Shown one piece after another: positions 55,251 to 64,000 of a stretch of 64,000 nucleotides of DNA. The stretch comes from Perna viridis (taxonomy: Eukaryota). Made by a program: the position numbers and the translations under genes. Numbering within the stretch: the stretch's first letter is position 1; each line of letters begins with the position of its first letter. The stretch covers positions 49,172,862 to 49,236,861 of the forward strand of contig CM074511.1 in assembly GCA_037379345.1 (NCBI GenBank), written 5' to 3'. The notes under the pieces were generated by a model, which searched no databases, was not told the origin of the DNA, and was given only the letters and a program-made list of their open reading frames with translations.

Positions 55251-58200
55251 CTGATGAAGCATAACCATGACAACGTATTGTCAATATAGTAATTGTTCGA
55301 TTTTCTGAAGCCTTTTATAGATATTAACGCAATTCACCTGTATAGCAGACGATGGAATGTAGAGATGCTGTCCAAAGAGAGATCATCAAGCCAGAATCTG
55401 GATCCAGGAATGTCAGATATATAGCTATTGTATCCGGGAAACAGCCCGGTCATTATATGACCCGTTAACTTATAACTTCTGTCCAAATACATCACTATTA
55501 TTAGTGCTCTGTTTCTCCCAGTTTCTGTTGATGAAATACATGTGTTTCGAAGAAAAGTTTTTTTCTTCTGCTACAATAATTTAATGCGTTAGAACTGAAC
55601 TAACCATTTCAAGACTTTGTAGCAAAATTATTTTTATGTCATTCAGTTGGTGTACATGTACCAAATTTCGATCGAGGTTATGCTTTTTCGTGAAATCAAG
55701 TGGTTTGACACAGGGCTTTTGTGTGCTAATCGTGTATTTTTAATGCATTAAAATGACGATTTTCTTTCGAAGACGAACAGTTTGGAGCACAACATTGCTC
55801 ACTGCATTCCTCACTGTTTAGCAAGAACCAATAAAGCAAAAAAAATAGGAAATTCCTGGTGTCGTGACACGATGCGTGACTAAAGTTTCAAAGTAGTCGC
55901 TTATATAAGTGCCAGTGGTTGTCTAAATTGTGTCAAAAATGCGGCATTGAAACTGTAACAAAGTATTTATAATCATAACGAGTTAAGCGTTCAATTTATC
56001 CAGTATATAAAAAATGTTGTAGTTTTTGGTGAAATTGCATGAAAAAAATGCAAAAAGCAAACCATATAACCAGACTTCAGACCACCAAGTCCCGATCTTA
56101 ATCATGGTCCGTACATCGTATTCTACAGAAGACCATATATATTCAGGGGACTTAACTTTATGTGGAATTCAAGAGAATCAAGTATCTGTCTTATGCTCAG
56201 TGTCTGTACATGGCCTTCAGTAAAAACAGAGTTCGGACCTCCAAATCTCAGTCATACATATGGTCTGTTATCATTGTTCAAGAGACAATTTAGTTCCAGA
56301 CTTACACAATATTACACGTGGTGTTTAACATGATTCCAACTATCTAATGTCCATTCAGTTTTAGCCTATACCTTACAAATGGTATGTATGCATAGTGCAA
56401 CACCTGAGGTTGAAAGGACATTTACTAGTCTAGTATTATTTGTGAATTACAGAGATAATACTGAGATTAATACTAACACAGATAAAACTGTTTCATAAGC
56501 ATTCAAAACAGAATGCATTACTGTGTTAATTACTTTGAAACGTTTTATTCTAAACCAATGTGAAAACAGAATGGAAGTCATACACATGCGAAAGTATCAA
56601 GTTCCATGATAAGCAGGAAGATGTGTTGGAAATCTGCGTGGAGAGAGCTAGGATAGTTCATTGTGCATTCTGTTGATATATTTACTAATTATTAAACCAT
56701 TTCGTCAAGTAGAAGCTGAGCAATTTGTTACAGCAGAGGGAATGAACAATGCAATCTTCCAGAATGGGGTGTACACGTATTTTTGAACTTAAATGACTAA
56801 GACCTAAACATAGAACGGAACAGTAAGCATTAAAATCAATCGAAAGTAACGTGGATATAATTTAATTTCAGATAAGCGTCCTCAGATTTTTCAGAAAAAT
56901 CTGTCATGCCAGGACTGAACAGAGGACTCGATATGCAGCAAGTTGAAGATTTATATCATGTTGGCGACATTTATCGAAGTTACCTGGACATTTTAGTGGA
57001 CATTTTAACGTTAGAAAAAAATGCTCTACCTATAAAAATGCGCTAAATATGCCGTGGTGCTTATATTACATTTTAGGAATTACCATGCATTATACATGGA
57101 ATGATCTAGTTCAAAATGTTATATCCTCCTATCTCCCTGTTGGTTAGTAGGGACAAGAGACTTAAACTGGCAAACGCGGACTACTGAGGATATTTTATCC
57201 CGCGGAAATGTTCACATCCTATTTAAAAATCCGCTAAAATGTCCATCTGTTTTCTGTTAATACGTCCAACAAAATCATCTATCCAGCATAATACAGCCAC
57301 GCCGAAGGACGAAGTTCGTGGCTTGCAGAACCTTTGAAATTATTACTTGTGTCATGAAGCAACATAACTCCGCCAGCACCGAAAGCAGATATTTAAGAGG
57401 TGAGGCATAAAACCCATGTAAAAACAGCAAACACAATATATAAATGAAAAACCATTTGTCGTTCTTTTAGAATCAGTTGCGGATCCGGCTTTGGGAGAAT
57501 TCTGGGGTTGGACCCCTCCACTTTTCTAGGAAATTGAATGCATGTATTTTGTTAGCTTTGTGTTAAATTTGGACTCAAAAATGAGCAAATTCCTTTTATT
57601 TATTTCCTGATTAGTCCCAAGACAGGTCAAGGGTGTTATCACTCAGCAATGAAATACCGTATCATTCCAAAAAATATCGACAGACATTCGAGCTCATGAT
57701 GAATAAGTTAACTGAATTTTGCTAATTAAGAACACCAAACAAAGTGTACTTGGAAAATCAAATCTTATTCGTAGAAAAAATAGCACTTTGTATTAGTAAA
57801 AGGTAAATCCAAATATCTTTAAGTAGATATACATGTATATTGTTTGATTTTGCCATTTTATTTCGAAAGAGTACTTTTCAGTCAATCTGGATTTAAAGAT
57901 ATAAAACTTTACTTATGCTTGAAATACACAATGTTATATTGAAATTGAATTAAAAGCTCAATTCATTTAGAGTTATTACTTAAATTTTATTTTCAGTTTC
58001 AGAAAAAACAAATAAGGGTGTTCAAGGTTTTGTTTAACTCTTACATAGGTAGTAACACAACAGTTGTAAGTAAGAAATGGTTCTTCGGGGGATTGATATT
58101 GGGGTTTTAAGGCCGTGGTATCACTGTGTACATTTTAAACAAAATATCTTCATTTACCAGACCTGTCTCGAAAGCACGCAGTGTCCGACGTGGCACGGAC

Positions 58201-58288
58201 ACAAAACAACAACTCTGTTCTTTGAAATATAAGAATGTACAGTTAACTTCAACTCCACCAACTGAGTTTACCCTAACAACTAAAATAC

Positions 58289-58541
58289 AACATGACCTAA
58301 TACAAACGTGTCGGATGGGATGCAGTCGACATCTGGGCGTGCCGTATCGTGCACATAACCTAACATAAACCTGTCGGATGGGATGCAGTCGACAGGGGTG
58401 CTGTATTGTGTACATGACCTAATATAAACGTGTCGGATGGGATGCAGTCGACATCTGGGGGTGCCGTATCTTGTACATGACCTAACATAAACGTGTCGGA
58501 TTGGATGCAGTCGACATCTGGGGGTGCCGTATCGCGTACAT
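58289..58541. repeat. 63-bp tandem repeat, 4 copies
   Basis: cat(g/a)acc at 58291, 58354, 58413 and 58476 (the second unit has a 4-bp deletion). Unit acatgacctaacataaacgtgtcggatgggatgcagtcgacatctgggggtgccgtatcgtgt. Confidence 0.93.
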
Positions 58542-58997
58542 TTTCAACATTATACACTTGGCTAATTGTTTAAATATGTGTTTCTTCTTCGTCATCTGCC
58601 TCTTCTGTACATGATGCCTATGATCTAATTCTAAACTGAGTAAATCGAAACATTCATGCGCACAAATGGCATTAAATTCGTTATATAAAAAAAAATAATT
58701 TAGACCTTATAATAACATTTGAATTCTAAATTTTTATATAACAAACTCTTTAGCCGAAAAATCTTTCCATTTTCTGTTGTCAAAGATTTACCGACAAACT
58801 TGGCAGTCGGCTTCTAATATTGTTAGCGACTTCTTGCACTCGTTATTTCAGTACTTTATATTCTCATATGATTTTCATAATTATATGTTCATACTCCGCG
58901 TAATGCTGCAGACCTGTACCAAGTTTACCGCAATAGCATCATAGTTATAGCTTCATACGAGATGTACCTCTTAAATATCATGCACGTGTGTTCTGCG

Positions 58998-59285
58998 TGT
59001 GTTTCTTGCTTGTATGAGAACAGGAAGTTCACATGAAATGATCGGTTAGCATTGAACATTATCCAGTTTCTGATTCAGGCACAGGGGTTCGTTACAAGAC
59101 TATATAGGTCATATACATATGAATATTCATTGCCAGTATTTAATCTGGTTCCGAATCTGGCTCCCTGTTCAATATCATTAGCGACCCAAAGCCTCTTTAA
59201 AAAAATCATACACATGTCTATATGTGTTTTTTGCTTGTATGAGAACGGGAACTTTAAAAGATGAAATGATCGGTTAGCATTGAAT
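58998..59285 (+). repeat. ~60-bp direct repeat pair about 228 bp apart
   Basis: ttgcttgtatgagaac(a/g)ggaa...atgaaatgatcggttagcattgaa at ~59006-59056 and ~59230-59284. Confidence 0.8.
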
Positions 59286-59292
59286 TTCTTTT

Positions 59293-59498
59293 CCATTTGA
59301 CCTTAACGACCTCTTCCGTCGAAATGCAAGTCACCTCATCACAATTATATTTTCCAATTGGCCAAATACTGATAACTTGTGGTGTTCGAAAAAACTGTAT
59401 CGAAAAATGGAATTGCGCGCCATATATTATTTCCTGAATGAAATGTAGAAAATTATAAGTGAAAAGAACAAATTTTACTGCGTCGGCTATCATTTTTT
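59293..59498 (+). repeat. Interspersed repeat, copy 2 (paralogous to 19922-20085)
   Basis: Aligned by eye with the 19.9-kb copy; probably a non-autonomous DNA transposon fragment. Confidence 0.85.
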
Positions 59499-60490
59499 AT
59501 CAATTTAAGTCGGAGATTTGAATTGATATAATAGTCGTCAGAGCCTTTAGGTTTGTAAAGCCTGATAACATCTGCAATTATCTTATCCTGTCACAGGAAA
59601 ATAGTCCTTCCGGCATACCCTATTAAGGTTCAAATGCAGATAGTTAGATCCAAGTTGTAGGAATTTCTAATATATCAATTTAATTCTATGTCATCCCAAT
59701 AATCATAGCCAATAAACAACTTTTACTGCGAACTAAATATGCTGATTAAATTGGTATCCAATTAAAAATAGTTTAGACCTCCAACCTCTTATCAGTATCT
59801 GTTTATCTTCTAAGACGTTATCGTTTATATGAATGTACTTGTCTCGGGAACTAGGTGCCCAGAAACTAAGGTCTTTCACATGAAACATAAGTTTCTATGA
59901 AATAACTTGTAGCACTTAAGAAATGTAGCTAGTTGAGAGGAACATGTATCTGAATATGATTTATTTCAACGATTGTTTGTTACGTTTGAACAATTTAACA
60001 GACAGCTTTGACGTGTAGGTGGATAAACTGAATTTCGACCATAAAATTTAAGAACTAGGAATGGCAAACTAGTAATTTGTAGTTCAATTTTGTAATATGT
60101 TGGAGAGTTTTGTGTTCATTCATTTAGGTGTTCCATATGTATACCGATATCGAATCTGAATTTTACGCAAACTGGCGTTATTGTGTATGCGATTTTTTAA
60201 AATGTCCATCGAAATCAGAATGGTGAATTTAAAAATAAAACAGAGTTCAATATTAACCATATTTATAACAATAAGCTTGTATTAAGATATGTTAAAATTT
60301 GCTCATCATACTTTCTTTTTATCCCATATTCGACGATTATTTGGGGCGTAAAAATTCAAACGATCGATATAAATTGATTCAGTACATGAGTACTTTGATT
60401 AAAGATAGTCTGTCATATTGCGTTTGTTCACAACTTATTTGAATATAATTCGACGAACTCATTTAATACTTGTACAAGAACCCCGTTACC

Positions 60491-60680
60491 CTGTCAAGTG
60501 AAAAAAAATCGATTACGACGGCTTGATCGTGAACTCATACCCTTAAGTAATCATTTTGAAAGACACAATTGATTTTTAATCGTGAAAGTTGCAGTTATGC
60601 TGAAAACAAAGTTGTTCACGATCCCTAAAATATTGGCAGCTGTTATCGATCTGTTCATTATCATTTCTTTCGCTTGACAG
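60491..60680. repeat. Imperfect inverted repeat (foldback/MITE core)
   Basis: ctgtcaagtgaaa..atcgat..gatcgtgaac (60491-60534) pairs with gttcacgatc..atcgat..tttcgcttgacag (60614-60680). Confidence 0.65.
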
Positions 60681-61913
60681 TCTCAAATTTGTCTCAATTT
60701 TTTTTTTATGTCACGGCCAAAACATCAAGGATATGTAAAAATCATTTAATTGTGATAACTTGAAAAAAACTTGTTCTTTGGATGCATTATGTGCGAGTTT
60801 TTCACAATCAGAGACTAGTGTTCCTTCATCTTTGAAAAACCATCATATATAAAAATTATTCGTTGTTTTCGTTAGTTGTTTTATCAGTTGTTACTTTGTA
60901 TGTGGTCTTTTTCTATTTTTTTTTCATGGCCCGGGCAAAGGATATCAGAATCACGTATGGAGTGTTTTTTTTTTCTTTTTTTTTAATCACGTCACCCTAA
61001 ATGGGATCGTCTGAAAATCGCCGCCATGGTCATTGACCCAGGGACTTTATATTACACAATATAATATACACTCCCTGATTGATCTAAGACGGTAAGGTGT
61101 AATAAGTCATTACAGGCGAGTAGCATTATTCTACGAAGATAAATATTATCGGAGTGCGGACACTTTAATGCCCACATCTCTATCATTTCAAAGGTATACT
61201 AATCTCTATATCTATAGAAAACGTGCGAAGATGCCCAAAGGGTTTCTTACGTGTGAAATAAGTTTATTTCTGTTGTTAAATAGAAAAAAACTTAAATTTG
61301 AAGCAATATATAAGTTGATACGCTTACTATGGGTAAATGTTGCTGTATAGTAAACCCAGGATAATACATGTATGTATAGAAGTTGAGTTTTTTTCTACTG
61401 GCGCAGGAACATGCTGGTGATTAGAGTTATCTCCCCTATCACATACTGCTAACACACAGAGTATCTCAGTGCTTCTACGGGTAAATTAGAAAATAATCAG
61501 CAATAAATACTTTGAACTTCCTGTCGTTTTACACGCAAACTATTCATACAGGTATTTAAGTATGAATAAATATTTGAAATTCGTTCGGGTCGTTGAATTA
61601 ATATATCAAAAATATCCATGACACGGGTGATTCAGCACAGCGGGAAGAAAACTAGAAAATTAAAGCGCGGGTGTCTTCAAACACTTCTCAACCACATCAT
61701 TTCCTATCTTTTATCATATCGCCAAGTTCATTTGGTATTTACTTAGGAAAGTCTGGTTGTCTTATATTGGTATATTTTCAAGTATCGGTAATTCTGTTCG
61801 AAGTCCAAGATTTTATCTAAAGTTATAGTGTATTGGCAATGGTTTTGACATTTCTTCTAGTTGCAAGGTTTTTATATTAGACTACAAAAATTATCGCTAG
61901 TCGGAATACTTCA

Positions 61914-62114
61914 CAAGACCGTGACCATGGTGTGCGACGGGTGCGATCGCACCCCCATTTTGAAAAAAAAAACAAAAAACAAAAAACATAAAAAAAAAAC
62001 CTTAGATTTACATCTTAGCCTGTAATTAAAGTGAAATCCTACCAGATAACCAAGTAAAATTGCTTATCGGTGATCAATTCGCACCCCCATCCAGAAAACC
62101 TGGCTACGGCCCTG
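61914..62114. mobile_element. MITE with CAGGGCCGTAGCC-type termini
   Basis: Left caagaccgtgacca versus right tggctacggccctg. Internal gggtgcgatcgcaccc palindrome and a repeated cgcacccccat. Flanked by CTTCA on both sides. Confidence 0.65.
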
Positions 62115-64000
62115 CTTCATTCAACACATACGAGTCTGAGAATTTGGGTTTTTTATCCGGGATTCTAAAGAATCTATGTCTGATAGTCATTTCGTTCAAG
62201 TCTACTAGGTCATTTTCTGCTTTTATTCAGTAAGTTAAATAACGAAACAACTGTTGCTAATATCATGTTATATCGTGAACTATACCGTTGATACACATAT
62301 TTTTGACATCCTTGTTTAAATCTTAACGGTTCAATCTTCGGTCGAGAGCCTAGCCGAAGTAGCACGAGGTTTCTGTTTTATACGTACGTCGTCATACACA
62401 TTGAAATCATGCCTGAGCATGAACAAGTTGTGATAAAACCATAATTTACTGGCAATCATTCGTACTGTTTGGTTAGTATTGGTTGCTGTTTTTTTTTTTA
62501 CTTTACTTACTCATGTTAAAATCACTTTACACCCAAGTTTTGTGTGTGTCAAGACTTTAGTATATGTACTGATATTTTATACAACAGTAGTTGGGATATC
62601 AACAAGCCGTACCCATATTATGCTGTAAGGCAGCAAAGATTCCGAGGTAGTCTACAGGGATTGGCTATATCAGAACTTTGTTGTTTGTCAATGCCGAAAT
62701 CCTGCTAAACCTTATTACAATCAACCACATAGTGTGAGAATGACGGATTTGTCACAATCACTTAAATTTTTTTCTTGACTGATCTTACACGTGACACTTC
62801 GCACTTAATCCTGCATATCTGTTTATTTTATTAATTACCTAATTGACCAAGCATAATAAGTTATTATTAGGAAACCGTGGAATTACATGACAGATGGACG
62901 AACAAGTGCCACGACCCCTATCAAGCACCCTGGAGGGTATGTAACACTCTCTGACTGTGTGGCAGGCTTACAGTTGTCAGGTTGTATGTCTAATCGTCTT
63001 TCCCTGTAGTATATCTAAGTATTGATATTTTTATCAAGATTTTGATAACTTTTCTGATCCTACTTTCCCTGCAGTTATCTGTAGTTAACAACCATACTAT
63101 TTGTTTTCTCGGGGTTTATGTTTATTTACTACATCTTATTCCGTGCATCAGTGCAACAAGACATTTTGTGGCGTCTGTAGGTTTTTGTTTTGTTTGTTGT
63201 TTTTTCTTCTGACAAAGCCCGGGTCAGTTTTGTCGTGGAGTTCCTGTTTTCTTTACGTAATCAATCTACATTATGCTTGTTGGTGCATTATTCTTCTGAA
63301 TATAAGTTTCAGTTAAAAATAAATGTATAGTTGTGTAAACATGTCTCATTCTTTGAGCGGGAATAATAAGAGGACGCTGTAAATAGATGTGTGTATTTAT
63401 TTTTTAGATTTAATACTGTGTTATATTATGAATGAGCCATGTATAACTCGACTTCAATTCGGAAAAACCAGATTTTTTGTTTGGTAAACCTGTTTCATTT
63501 ATATCGTCTTTGTTGAACATTTATAAATTAGATTTTATCGTAAATGTAAGTTTGTTTCAGTATCTTCATGACTTACCCATATCCGTATTCACAAAATAAA
63601 TCATTTATGAAATCAAGCAAATTTCGTGGCTAGACGTTCGAGATGCCTGTCTGAAGGGTTAACTTGTCTCATTTTACTACATTTTGATGGCTTACTAAAG
63701 GCAACGAAAGGCAGATGACTCCTTGTGACCTCGCAGCATTTGAAAAATACACTGACGTGCATTTCTTGTAGATGAAGATCACTTCTGATTTCATGATATT
63801 TTACACTTATTCATGTTTAAAAATTTTCACAGAAGACATCATTTCTGATACATTTACGTACGGACTTATTTACGACAAATACTCATTTAATTGTAATGAA
63901 AAAGTGTAGGTGAAATTTAAACCATTCCTCTTAAATTTGTGGGTTAAAATTACTAAATGCACTGATCAATGTCATGTCTTTAAAATTTATCTGATCTCAC

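Noticed and set aside
8340-58541. Unit lengths 57, 27, 33 and 63 are all multiples of three
   Set aside because: Post-hoc observation. The 20-bp and ~167-bp units are not multiples of three, and the arrays tolerate frameshifting indels.
58107-58557. 63-bp repeats as a CRISPR array or coding repeat
   Set aside because: Units are head-to-tail with no unique spacers, the context is eukaryotic, there are no cas genes, and one unit has a frameshifting deletion.
62887-62942. Short ATG-initiated plus-strand exon ending at G|GTATGT
   Set aside because: The context (aagttattattaggaaaccg, gacagatggacg microsatellite, accct..agggt hairpin) matches the 3' end of a decayed HINE; no downstream exon was found.

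Overview
AT-rich eukaryotic (metazoan) genomic DNA. The repeat families (Nin-domain-type tRNA SINE, Helentron/HINE elements, Penelope-like retroelement relics) suggest a bivalve mollusc such as a mussel; that assignment is inference. Only one gene can be supported: the 5' half of a minus-strand, intron-rich AMPK-related (CAMKL) Ser/Thr protein kinase that most resembles HUNK. It has three coding exons (54554-54664, 46714-46842, 25157-25323) with canonical GT-AG sites and matching phases, encoding kinase subdomains I-VIb up to the H-R of HRD. No DLK or DFG exon was found in 1-25156, so intron 3 appears to run off the left edge. The rest is intronic or intergenic: minisatellites (57, 27, 20, 33 and 63 bp units), MITEs, HINEs, SINEs and two decayed Penelope-like RT elements. 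Nearly all ORF-track entries are spurious. The most interesting signals are (i) a decayed Penelope-like element followed on the same strand by an OTU-protease-like relic, (ii) a dense cluster of upstream ATGs in all three frames just before the kinase start, (iii) a sharp CpG-depletion boundary at exon 1, and (iv) a minisatellite that forms a ~195-nt AG-free zone at the exon 3 acceptor. No CRISPR or other prokaryotic-type system is present.
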